A stretch of DNA of 60,309 nt from contig DASTGR010000181.1 in the NCBI GenBank assembly GCA_035718885.1, positions 1 through 60,309 on the forward strand. The letters run 5' to 3'. The position numbers and the translations under genes are program-made. The first letter of the stretch is position 1. Every line of letters starts with the position of its first letter. Source of the DNA: Pseudolabrys sp. GTDB lineage: Bacteria; Pseudomonadota; Alphaproteobacteria; Rhizobiales; Xanthobacteraceae. Below the pieces are notes generated by a model that was given only the letters and a program-made list of their open reading frames with translations, did not search any database and was not told the DNA's origin. Positions 21,409 to 30,224 of this stretch are shown piece by piece.

Positions 21409-22341
21409 CTACTGAAGGGTGGCGAGCGCCGCCAGGACCCGTTGCAATTGCTTGTCGGTGATGAGGCCGGACAGCACCTTGCCGAAATGCGGGTGCTGCG
21501 CACCGGAGTGGATATATTGCCAACGGTAGGCCTTCAGGATTGAGGCCTCGATCGAACGCAATTCGGTCGCCTCGATCTTGCGGTGCACCGCGGTCGCGAA
21601 GTAACCGGCATCGGCTTTGGCCTGCGCCTGGAGAATGCCGTCCACCGCTGCGACGAGTTCGATAAACTCGTCAACCGCACGATCGCGCTGCTCTGGAGTC
21701 AGCGTGGCATCGTTCCGCACCCATTCGAGCTCGTCGAGGATCGCGTGCTGGCTCTCTTCCCGCCAATGGAACAGGAAAACGTCCTTGAAGAGTTCCGAAA
21801 GGCCGGGATTGGATTCGATGCTTTCGCGGTAGTGCGACTGCGTGAACAGCTCGATGTCGAGCGTGAGCGCCAGCACCGCCCAGGTGCTCTTTCCGAGCAC
21901 GGCGTGGGCAACGCCGTTGGGGTCGATGTCGAAACGATAGCCGGCCGGCAAGACCTCGCCGATCATCGCGTCGATACGCCGAAACAATGCCTGATGCTTG
22001 AGTTCTTCGTCGCTGAACCGGACCAGAGCTTCGAGCGCGATCTGGTCGCCGAACCAATGATCGTGGCTCAGCTCAAGCACCTTGGCATTGATGAACCGCT
22101 CGACCAGTCCGAATACGTTGGCGTAGGTGCGGCCCTGGATCTGACTCACCAGGCGCTTTTCGTCCGCCGAGAGAGTCGTGAATTCCTCCGCGAGCGATAG
22201 TCCGTCCGGGAGGAATTTTTGTGCAGTGTCGAACTTGCGGCCGCGGATGACGTCCTTCTCGATGTCCCAGCGCACCCGTTTCGATGTCTCGACGCACCGT
22301 TCATAGCGGTCATTGGCAGTGATCTTCTCTATGGCGTTCAT
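21409..22341 (-). CDS. Ferritin-like diiron protein, AurF/CmlI-like ligand set
   Basis: LVERF, DEELKH, IELFT, HWREESQH (H-x3-E-x2-H); start ATG 22341 with GAGAG upstream. Confidence 0.75.
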   Translation of the reverse strand: MNAIEKITANDRYERCVETSKRVRWDIEKDVIRGRKFDTAQKFLPDGLSLAEEFTTLSADEKRLVSQIQGRTYANVFGLVERFINAKVLELSHDHWFGDQIALEALVRFSDEELKHQALFRRIDAMIGEVLPAGYRFDIDPNGVAHAVLGKSTWAVLALTLDIELFTQSHYRESIESNPGLSELFKDVFLFHWREESQHAILDELEWVRNDATLTPEQRDRAVDEFIELVAAVDGILQAQAKADAGYFATAVHRKIEATELRSIEASILKAYRWQYIHSGAQHPHFGKVLSGLITDKQLQRVLAALATLQ

Positions 22342-22428
22342 CTTACATACTCTCGTTGCGCGCAAGTTATCGACAGCGCTGGACAGCCAGCAGATATGGC
22401 TAGCTACTTGGCCAAGCCGCCCTCGGTC

Positions 22429-22465
22429 CATGACCGGCACGCCGCGTCGCATGACCGAAACGCCG
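22429..22465. promoter_or_regulatory. Tandem direct repeat, likely AraC-family operator
   Basis: CATGACCGGCACGCCG (22429) and CATGACCGAAACGCCG (22450), 21-bp period, in the divergent promoter. Confidence 0.6.
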
Positions 22466-22485
22466 TATTCTGATACACCGTACCG

Positions 22486-22989
22486 ATGGATGCCTTATCC
22501 GACGTCTTGAGGGTTTCGCATTTGACCGGCGGCGTGTTCTTGCGCGCCGACTTGTCGGCGCCGTGGTGCATGGCGCTCAATATTTTGCGTGAACATTGCG
22601 GTCCTTCGCTCGGTCCCGCTTCTCATCTAATGACGTACCACTACATTCTGGATGGTGAGCTCCGCATCCGGGTCGATGACCCGGACGAGAAGATGCAAAC
22701 GATCGGCCGTGGCGAGGTCGTCATCCTGCCGCGCAACGATCCGCATTTGATAGGCAGCGACCTGGCAATTCCCGCCGTCTCGGGCGAGAACCTCGTCAGC
22801 CGGCCGATTGGTCCTGGCCTCTACTCGATCCGCTATGGCGGAGACGGCGAAAAGACAGAGATGATTTGCGGCTTCATCGGCTACGCCGGTGCCGAGGCCA
22901 ATCCGCTCATAACGATGTTGCCTCGACTGCTCAAATTCAACGTCGAACAGGGCCCTGCTGCGGATTGGATTCGCTCGAAATTTCGGTGA
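22486..22989 (+). pseudogene. Truncated AraC-family regulator (cupin sensor domain only, no HTH)
   Basis: MDALSDVLRVSHLTGGVFLRADLSAPWC...LPRNDPH...ICGF...NPLITMLP, then stop at aa 167 before the DNA-binding domain. Confidence 0.75.
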
Positions 22990-23204
22990 AGGAAGACGCC
23001 GCGATCGTTTACGGCCTGACAAATTCCGTTGGCTGCATCGTAGAGAATATCTCAACGCACGGCGCATGCCTCGAGGTCATCTCACCGGCAAGCTCCGTGA
23101 CCATCCCGAAAGAATTCGTGCTGTTTCGTCCATCGACTCGATCGATCCGCAATTGCAAGGTGATCTGGCGGTCGTTCCAACGGGTCGGCGTGGAGTTCAA
23201 ATAG
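22986..23204 (+). pseudogene. PilZ-domain fragment lacking the N-terminal RxxxR motif
   Basis: CIVENISTHGACLEV...IPKEFVL...CKVIWRSFQRVGVEF; no RxxxR upstream in frame; GTG 22986 overlaps the araC TGA. Confidence 0.65.
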
Positions 23205-23467
23205 ACACCTCTGTGCCTTTAGTTCGGCATCCGACCCCGGACGCCGACACCCGCCTCGCTGTCGGCTGGAAGACAGCACTGGTCTTCGCGGCTCCTGCCC
23301 CCAGCGCGACGGCATGGTGTTGCGGCTCTTAGTGTCGAGACACTTGAGCCGCCGGGCGAAGCGCGCGTACCATCACCTGCGTTTCCGCCCCCGAGAGGGC
23401 GCCTACTTCCGCCCGCTTTGTATCCGCATGCGTGCGCATATCGGCGAAGACGAGTTCGAGCACTGCA

Positions 23468-24394
23468 ATGCGCATCGCGATCTTGGCGGCAGGAGGTGTC
23501 GGGGGCTATTTCGGAGCGCGACTGGCGCGCGCGGGGCACGACGTGCACTTTGTGGCGCGCGGGGCTCATCTCGAGGCGATGCGGCACGACGGCTTGCGCG
23601 TTCTGAGCGTCCACGGCGATGAGCATCTGGTGCATCCGAGTGTGACGGACGATCCGGCCGCGATCGGGCCGGTCGATATCGTCCTGTTCGCGGTCAAGCT
23701 GTGGGACGTCGAGGCGGCCGCGGCCTTCGCGCGACCCTTGCTCGGCGACGATACGCGCTTGATCACCCTTCAGAACGGCGTCGACAGCTACGAGCGCGTC
23801 TGCACCATTGTGCCGCCGCGACATGTCGTGCCGGGAGTCGCCTCGATCTCGAGCGTCATCGCCGAGCCGGGGCTGATCCGGCAAACTAGCAGTTTCCACG
23901 CGATCACATTCGGACAGACTCACGGCGAAACCGACCTTGTCCTCGAAGGCTTCGCCGCGAGTTCAACGCGCGCGAACTGCATCGTGAAGCTGTCCAACGA
24001 CATCCAGCGGGATCGCTGGCGCAAGTTCGTCGTCCTGACCGGAACATCCGGCACGACAGCGCTGACGCGCATGACGCTCGGCAGCATTCTCGAAGATCCC
24101 GACACGCGCCGCTTCCTGCGCGAGGTCATGCAGGAGACGTTGAGCGTCGGCGAAGCCGAGGGCGTGACGCTGGAGGACGGCTTCGTCGACGAGCGCCTCG
24201 CCTTTCTCGACGCGAGTGCTCCGCGCGACATGCGCACGTCGATGGCGCACGACGTGCTGCGCGGCAATCGTCTCGAAGTCGACTGGCTCAACGGCCATGT
24301 CGCGCGGCTCGGGCGCGCGCACTGCATTGCGACGCCTCGAAACGACACGGTCTATGCGGGATTGAAACATCTGCGCATGGGTGCCGCCCGGTAA
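23468..24394 (+). CDS. Ketopantoate reductase family protein (PanE/ApbA)
   Basis: ILAAGGVGGYFG, FAVKLWD, TLQNGV, WRKF, TSMAHD, LEVDWLNG. Confidence 0.9.
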   Translation: MRIAILAAGGVGGYFGARLARAGHDVHFVARGAHLEAMRHDGLRVLSVHGDEHLVHPSVTDDPAAIGPVDIVLFAVKLWDVEAAAAFARPLLGDDTRLITLQNGVDSYERVCTIVPPRHVVPGVASISSVIAEPGLIRQTSSFHAITFGQTHGETDLVLEGFAASSTRANCIVKLSNDIQRDRWRKFVVLTGTSGTTALTRMTLGSILEDPDTRRFLREVMQETLSVGEAEGVTLEDGFVDERLAFLDASAPRDMRTSMAHDVLRGNRLEVDWLNGHVARLGRAHCIATPRNDTVYAGLKHLRMGAAR

Positions 24395-24429
24395 GCTGCC
24401 GCCGCAATCGTCGCCTGCATGCAAACAGC

Positions 24430-24472
24430 TTGACTCACGTGACGCGCGTGGCACGTTTAAACGGTCGTTTGA
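24430..24472 (+). promoter_or_regulatory. TTGACT -35-like element and palindromic operator upstream of CocE paralog 3
   Basis: TTGACT 24430-24435; TTAAACG-GT-CGTTTGA 24457-24472. Confidence 0.45.
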
Positions 24473-24514
24473 TCATCGAGCAGGCCGCGCGCCGCGGGCG
24501 GACGAAGACCCTCC

Positions 24515-26257
24515 ATGACAGGTACGAAGACGGAAACTCGGAACGGAATGCGCATCGATTGGGATGTCGCGATCGAAATGGACGATGGCATCGTCCTGCG
24601 CGCCGATCTTTTTCGTCCTGTCGAAGACAGACGCTGCCCCGTCATTCTGAGTTACGGCCCCTATGCGAAGGGCCTGTCGTTCCAGGAAGGCTATAAAAGC
24701 AATTGGGCGCGCCTGACCGCCGCAGCGCCTGAGGTGCTCGAAGGATCGAGCAACAAGTTCCAGAACTGGGAGCTGGTCGATCCGGAAAAGTGGGTGCCGG
24801 ACGGCTTTGCCTGCCTGCGCGTGGACTCACGCGGCGCCGGCCGCTCCCCCGGCGTGCTCGACGTCTGGTCGGCGCGCGAAGGAGAAGATCTCTATCAATG
24901 TGTCGAGTGGGCCGGCACGCAGCCGTGGTCGAACGGCAAGGTCGGCATCAACGGCATTTCATATTATGCAATGAACCAGTGGATCGTCGGCGCACTAAGG
25001 CCGCCGCATCTTGCTGCATTGTGCATCTGGGAGGGCGCGGCCGACTATTATCGCGACCTCTGTCGGCACGGCGGCATGCTCAGCGATTTCCTCGCGTCAT
25101 GGCATCCACGGCAGGTTGCGAGCGTTCAGCATGGCGTCGGCGAGCGCGGCGCGCGCAGCGTTGTGACCGGCGAGCTCGTCGCGGGACCTGAAACGATCAG
25201 CGAGGAGGAACTCGCAACCCGCCGCACCGATACGCCGGGCGAGCCGAAGCGCCGTGTTCTTGTCGACGAATATTACCACGCGCGCACCGCTGATTTCGCT
25301 CGCATCGAGGCGCCACTTCTGTCCGCCGCGAATTGGGGCGGCATGGGCCTGCACCCGCGTGGCAATTTCGAGGGCTACCTCGCCGCCGGGTCGCAGCAGA
25401 AATGGCTCGAAGTGCACGGCGACACGCACTTCACGCATTTCTACAGCAACTACGGCGAGGGCCTTCAGAAGCGGTTCTTCGGTCACTTCCTCAAAGGCGA
25501 AGACACCGGCTGGGACAAGCAGCCGAAGGTGTCGCTCAACGTGCGGCATCCCGGCGAAAAATTCGTCCTGCGCGCCGAGCGCGAATGGCCGCTCGCGCGA
25601 ACCAGATGGACGAAATTCTATCTCGACCCGTCGGGATCACGTCTGACGACAGAGATGCCGCATGTGCAGACGAGGCTGACCTACGAAACGATGGGCGAAG
25701 GGGTGACCTTCCGCCTACCGCCGGCGAAGCAACCGTTGGAGATCACCGGTCCCGTCGCGCTCAAGCTCTGGCTCTCGTCCGAGACATCGGACGCCGATAT
25801 CATCGCGGCGCTGCGCGTTTTCGATCCGGCCGGCAAAGAGGTCACGTTCATCGGCTCGAACGATCCCCGTGTGCCGGTCGGCCTCGGCTGGCTGCGCGCG
25901 TCGCACCGCAAGCTCGATCCCGGCAAAACACTGCCCTACCGGCCGTGGCATACGCACGACGAGCTCCAGCCGCTGACGCCCAACGAGCCGGTGGAGCTCG
26001 ATGTCGAGATCCTGCCGACGTCGATCGTCGTGCCGCCGGGTTATCAGCTCGCACTCACTATCCTCGGCCGCGACTACGAGGTCGACGGCAAGGACATTGC
26101 GCTGCCGAACGCCCCCTACCCGATGAAAGGCGTCGGTCCTTTCCTGCACATCGACAAGGACGACCGGGCCCCGGCGACATTCGACTGCCGCAACACGCTG
26201 CACTTTGCCGCCGGCAAGCAACCCTATCTGCTGCTGCCCGTCATTCCGGAGAGTTGA
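24515..26257 (+). CDS. CocE/NonD family hydrolase (paralog 3)
   Basis: YGPYAK, DSRGAGRSPG, WSNGKVGINGISYY, ANWGGMGLHPRG, HGDTHF. Confidence 0.93.
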   Translation: MTGTKTETRNGMRIDWDVAIEMDDGIVLRADLFRPVEDRRCPVILSYGPYAKGLSFQEGYKSNWARLTAAAPEVLEGSSNKFQNWELVDPEKWVPDGFACLRVDSRGAGRSPGVLDVWSAREGEDLYQCVEWAGTQPWSNGKVGINGISYYAMNQWIVGALRPPHLAALCIWEGAADYYRDLCRHGGMLSDFLASWHPRQVASVQHGVGERGARSVVTGELVAGPETISEEELATRRTDTPGEPKRRVLVDEYYHARTADFARIEAPLLSAANWGGMGLHPRGNFEGYLAAGSQQKWLEVHGDTHFTHFYSNYGEGLQKRFFGHFLKGEDTGWDKQPKVSLNVRHPGEKFVLRAEREWPLARTRWTKFYLDPSGSRLTTEMPHVQTRLTYETMGEGVTFRLPPAKQPLEITGPVALKLWLSSETSDADIIAALRVFDPAGKEVTFIGSNDPRVPVGLGWLRASHRKLDPGKTLPYRPWHTHDELQPLTPNEPVELDVEILPTSIVVPPGYQLALTILGRDYEVDGKDIALPNAPYPMKGVGPFLHIDKDDRAPATFDCRNTLHFAAGKQPYLLLPVIPES

Positions 26258-26295
26258 AGCGTCGCAATAAAAACAATCGTTCCAGGGAGGAAGAC

Positions 26296-27273
26296 ATGAT
26301 CAGGCGTACATTCATGCTCGCTTTGGCGGCCGCCGGCTTGGCAGCCGGAGCCCTGCCCGCACAAGCGGATGACTATCCGAGCCGGACGGTGACGATCATC
26401 GTGCCCTATCCGGCCGGCGGCCCGACCGATCAGACGGCGCGCGTCGTCGCCGACTCACTGTCCAAGCAGCTCAAACAAAGCTTCATCGTCGAGAACGTCA
26501 CCGGCGGCGGCACCATCATCGGCACCAACAAGGTCGCCAAATCCGCACCCGATGGCTACACGCTGCTCCTGCATAACTTGCAGATCTCGGCGAACGTGTC
26601 GCTGTACAAGAACCTGCCGTTCAACACCGAGAAGGACCTCGTCCCGGTCATCTTCGTCAATCGCAATCCGCTGGTTCTGGTCGGCCGCAAGGATCTCGCG
26701 GCCGACGACCTCGACGGGCTTCTGGCGCTGATGAAGAAGGGTACGTTGAAGGCCGCCATCCCCGGTTACGGCGCCACCGGCCATCTCGCCACCGCGCTGC
26801 TGGCGCAGGAGGCCGGCGTCAAGGTCGACATGATCCCGTATCGCGGCGCAGCGCCCGCGCTCAACGACATCATCGGCAGCCACGTCGACCTGTTCTTCGC
26901 GACGCCGCAGTCGATCATCCAGCAGGTCAACGCGCATAACATGAAGGCCTATGGGGTCACCCAGAAGGCCGAGCTGCCGGAACTGCCGAACGTGAAAAGC
27001 TTTGTCGACAAGTTCGGCGAGAAGCTCGACATCAATTTCTGGCAGGCCATATACGCGCCGTCGGGCACGCCGAAGGATGTGGTCGAAAAGCTCAATGCCG
27101 CCTTGCAGAAGACGGTATCGGACCCGGCGATCGTCAAGAGCTGGCACGACCAGAGCGTCGACGTCTATCCGCCGAACGAGCGCAGCACGGCCGCGGCCGC
27201 GAAGATCATGAAGAGCGAGATCGCGCGCTGGGGCAAGGTGATCAAGGACAACAACATCCATCTCGACCAATAG
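26296..27273 (+). CDS. Bug/TctC substrate-binding protein
   Basis: GGGAGG RBS, ATG 26296, signal peptide, YPSRTVTIIVPYPAGGPTD, PDGYTL, PYRGAAPA. Confidence 0.93.
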   Translation: MIRRTFMLALAAAGLAAGALPAQADDYPSRTVTIIVPYPAGGPTDQTARVVADSLSKQLKQSFIVENVTGGGTIIGTNKVAKSAPDGYTLLLHNLQISANVSLYKNLPFNTEKDLVPVIFVNRNPLVLVGRKDLAADDLDGLLALMKKGTLKAAIPGYGATGHLATALLAQEAGVKVDMIPYRGAAPALNDIIGSHVDLFFATPQSIIQQVNAHNMKAYGVTQKAELPELPNVKSFVDKFGEKLDINFWQAIYAPSGTPKDVVEKLNAALQKTVSDPAIVKSWHDQSVDVYPPNERSTAAAAKIMKSEIARWGKVIKDNNIHLDQ

Positions 27274-27293
27274 CCGCCACAGCCTGAACCGGC

Positions 27294-27322
27294 GGCGGCA
27301 GGGTCATGCCGGCCCTGCCGCC
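27294..27322. other. Intergenic stem-loop
   Basis: GGCGGCAGGG / CCCTGCCGCC 10-bp stem after the Bug gene; no U tract. Confidence 0.45.
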
Positions 27323-27354
27323 TCATTCCCATCCCTCATCGCAAGACTGGCCCC

Positions 27355-28539
27355 ATGAGCGCGCAAGAAGAACTTTCGTTCGTCTATTTCCCGGAGAACT
27401 ATCGCTGGTCGCACGGCCTGCTGATCGGATTGAACAGCGCGCCCTGGGGCGGCGCCGAGATCGGCGAGGTCAACCGCATCGGCCTGCGCCTCAGACCAAC
27501 CGTCGGCAATGACGACGCCTGGTTCCGCGAATGGACGCGCGAAGCACGAACGGTCGAGGACCGCGGCCGCGATCTCATCGCCAGGGGCCGCGGCGTGAGC
27601 GGCGCGCAGTACCTTCAGCGCGCAAGCATGTATTACCACGTCGGCGAGCGCTTCCTTCAGCCCAAGAGCAAGGCCGGCAACGACGCCTACATGCGCGGCG
27701 TCGCCTGCCTGCGCGACGCCGCCAAGTTCTTCAAGCGGCCCAAGCTCGAGCACGTCGAGATCCCGTACGGCGACAAAAGCCTGCCGGCAATCTACGTGCA
27801 CGCCGAACCGGTCAAAAGCGGCGGCCGCGTGCCGGCTGTCGTGTTCTTCGACGGCCTCGACGTCACCAAGGAAATTCAATATCTCAAGGGCGTCGCCGAC
27901 CTTGCCGCACGCGGCATCGCCTGCCTGATCGTCGACGGCCCCGGCAATGGCGAGAGCATCCGCTTCCGCGATCTCTATTTGCGCCACGACACCGAGCACT
28001 ATGCGACGCCGGTCTACGACTATCTCGCAAATCGCCCTGAGGTCGATCCGAAGCGCATCGGCGTCATGGCCATCAGCCTCGGCGGCTACTACGCGCCGCG
28101 CGCCGCGGCGATGGAACAGCGCTTTGCCTGCTGCATCGCCTGGGGCGCGCAGTGGGACTATCAGAAAATCTGGCAGGACCGTTTCGACCGCCTCGCCCGC
28201 GCCGACACGCCGTCGCTCTCGGTCGCGGCGCAGCACATCTCCTGGGTGCTCAATGCGAGCTCGCAGGAAGACGCGCTCAAGCGGCTGGCGCCGTTCAAGC
28301 TCGACGGTGTCGTGCAGAAGATGAGCTGCCCGTTCCTCATGCTCCACGGCGAAGGCGACGAGCAGATTCCGCTCCCCGAGGCGCAGAAATGCTTCGACGC
28401 GGTCGGCTCGAAGAACAAGGTGATGAAGATCTTCAGCCGCGAGGAAGGCGGCTACCACCATTGCCAGATCGACAATCAGAGCATTTGCTCGGCCTATATG
28501 TGGGATTGGTTGGAAGAGGTCCTGCAACCGCAGCATTAG
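27355..28539 (+). CDS. Alpha/beta hydrolase of the 2,6-dihydroxypseudooxynicotine hydrolase/FrsA-like group
   Basis: FFDGLDVTKE, DGPGNGE, AISLGGYYAPRAAA nucleophile, GEGDEQI, HHCQ. Confidence 0.82.
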   Translation: MSAQEELSFVYFPENYRWSHGLLIGLNSAPWGGAEIGEVNRIGLRLRPTVGNDDAWFREWTREARTVEDRGRDLIARGRGVSGAQYLQRASMYYHVGERFLQPKSKAGNDAYMRGVACLRDAAKFFKRPKLEHVEIPYGDKSLPAIYVHAEPVKSGGRVPAVVFFDGLDVTKEIQYLKGVADLAARGIACLIVDGPGNGESIRFRDLYLRHDTEHYATPVYDYLANRPEVDPKRIGVMAISLGGYYAPRAAAMEQRFACCIAWGAQWDYQKIWQDRFDRLARADTPSLSVAAQHISWVLNASSQEDALKRLAPFKLDGVVQKMSCPFLMLHGEGDEQIPLPEAQKCFDAVGSKNKVMKIFSREEGGYHHCQIDNQSICSAYMWDWLEEVLQPQH

Positions 28540-28618
28540 ACGGCGGCGGCAGGATGCGGACGGGGCGACCCGTTGGTGCAGAGCAAGAGGACAAATCCCC
28601 CCCAGCGTGGCCGCAGCG

Positions 28619-29572
28619 CTACTTCCGCCCTCGCCCGGACTGTGAGCGAAACAGGCTGGCGAACAGGTCGCGGATCCACCGGCTGCCCGGATCCCGATGA
28701 AACCGGTCATGCCAGTACTGGTGAATCTCGATCCTCGGCAGCTTGATCGGCGGCTTGATGATTTCGAGGTCGAGATCGTCGGCGAGAACCGCGGCAATGG
28801 ACATCGGCAGCGTCGCGACGGTGTCCGTGTGCTTCGCGATCACCGCCGCCGCGATGAAGATCGGCACCCGGCACAGGATGTTGTCGGCCGGAATGGCCGC
28901 TTCGACCGCGCGCTCGGCAAGCCTGTGGGCATGGCCCGTCCCCATGGTCGAGGCGAGAACGTGGCGCTCTGCCGCGAATTCACGCAGCGAAGGCGTGGCT
29001 GACAGACGCGGATGTCCGCGGTTGACGACGCTGACATACTCCTCCGTCCACAAATACTGGCGCCGTATGCTCTTGCCGAGGTCGGGAAACGACCCCATCG
29101 CAAAATCGACCCTGCCGGTTTCCAGCCACGATTCCAGATGCGCGCCTTCGAGTTGCACGACGCGCAGACGCACATGCGGCGCCTCGTCCGCGACTCGCTT
29201 CAACAGCGGCGGCAGGAGCTTGATCACGCCCGCATCGACCACGCAAAACTGAAATGTCCGGTTCGACCGCTTCGGATCGAACACCACATGCTCGCCGCGC
29301 AATGCGCGCATCCGTTCCAGCACATCGGCGACAGGCTCCGCCAGCGCGAGAGCTTTCGGAGTCGGCTCCATCCGGTGCGATACGCGCACGAACAGCGGAT
29401 CGTCGAAAAACCGGCGCAGCCGGGCGAGCGTCTTGCTCAGCGCCGGCTGCGTGACGTCCAGCACCTTGGCGGCGCGCGTCAGGCTCCGCTCGCGCAGCAG
29501 CACGTCGAGCACGCGCAGGTGCTGCAGATCGAGATCTGCCGCATAACCAAGCGGAATGGAATTAATATCCAT
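28619..29572 (-). CDS. LysR-type regulator (NahR/DntR-like), divergent from the monooxygenase operon
   Basis: LDLQHLRVLDVLLRERSLTRAA..VTQPALSKTLARLR..DPLFVR HTH; QYWHDRFHRDPGSRW tail. Confidence 0.92.
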   Translation of the reverse strand: MDINSIPLGYAADLDLQHLRVLDVLLRERSLTRAAKVLDVTQPALSKTLARLRRFFDDPLFVRVSHRMEPTPKALALAEPVADVLERMRALRGEHVVFDPKRSNRTFQFCVVDAGVIKLLPPLLKRVADEAPHVRLRVVQLEGAHLESWLETGRVDFAMGSFPDLGKSIRRQYLWTEEYVSVVNRGHPRLSATPSLREFAAERHVLASTMGTGHAHRLAERAVEAAIPADNILCRVPIFIAAAVIAKHTDTVATLPMSIAAVLADDLDLEIIKPPIKLPRIEIHQYWHDRFHRDPGSRWIRDLFASLFRSQSGRGRK

Positions 29573-29663
29573 GGATTGATAGTGTAACCGCGCATTGGCA
29601 CCTAGGCTAGACGACTTGAAGGGCGGCCTTGGTGGCCGGCTTCGCAGGTCGGGAATGCGTCTT

Positions 29664-30212
29664 ATGCCGCACGTCTCGGAGCCGGCTCGTCCTACCGCGG
29701 TGGCGGCAAATGCCCCCACGAACGCGGTTTCGACCGCGCAATTCCGCGCGGCCTTCGCCAATTTCACCACGACCGTTTCGATCATCGCGACCGATGGACC
29801 CGCGGGCGTTGCGGGCCTGACCTGTTCGGCCGTTTGCGCCGCCAGCGACGATCCGCCGCTGCTGCTCGCCTGCGTCCACGGCAAGAGCGCAGCCAATGCC
29901 GCCATCCGGGCCAATGGCGTCATGTCCGTGAATTGCCTTCGGACGGACCAGGGCGAAGTGTCGCAGGCCTTCGCCGGTGTGGGCCGTCTCAGCGTCGAGG
30001 AGCGCTTCGCGCTCACGGAATGGCATGTGCTCGAAACCGGCGCGCCGTGCTGCACCGGTGCGCTGGCGACGTTCGATTGCGAGATCGCCGATATCCGCGA
30101 CGTCGGCACGCATACCATTTTCGTCGCGAAAGTGGTCGCGACCGCCGCAAGCGAAACCGCCGAGCCACTGCTCTTTCAGCGCCGCGCCTACGCAACCACA
30201 CGCAAACTTTAG
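29664..30212 (+). CDS. Flavin reductase (HpaC/TftC/TcpX-like)
   Basis: FRAAFANFTTTVSII, SDDPPLLLAC, VGTHTIF; start 29655 or 29664. Confidence 0.9.
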   Translation: MPHVSEPARPTAVAANAPTNAVSTAQFRAAFANFTTTVSIIATDGPAGVAGLTCSAVCAASDDPPLLLACVHGKSAANAAIRANGVMSVNCLRTDQGEVSQAFAGVGRLSVEERFALTEWHVLETGAPCCTGALATFDCEIADIRDVGTHTIFVAKVVATAASETAEPLLFQRRAYATTRKL

Positions 30213-30224
30213 GGAGGCAGAACG

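Noticed and set aside
25333-26295. Apparent 646-aa ORF giving the Bug protein a long N-terminal extension
   Set aside because: The extension overlaps CocE paralog 3 in another frame; the real start at 26296 has an RBS and a signal peptide.
29573-30118. N-terminal extension of the LysR ORF to 499 aa
   Set aside because: Antisense to the flavin reductase; the HTH begins just after ATG 29572.
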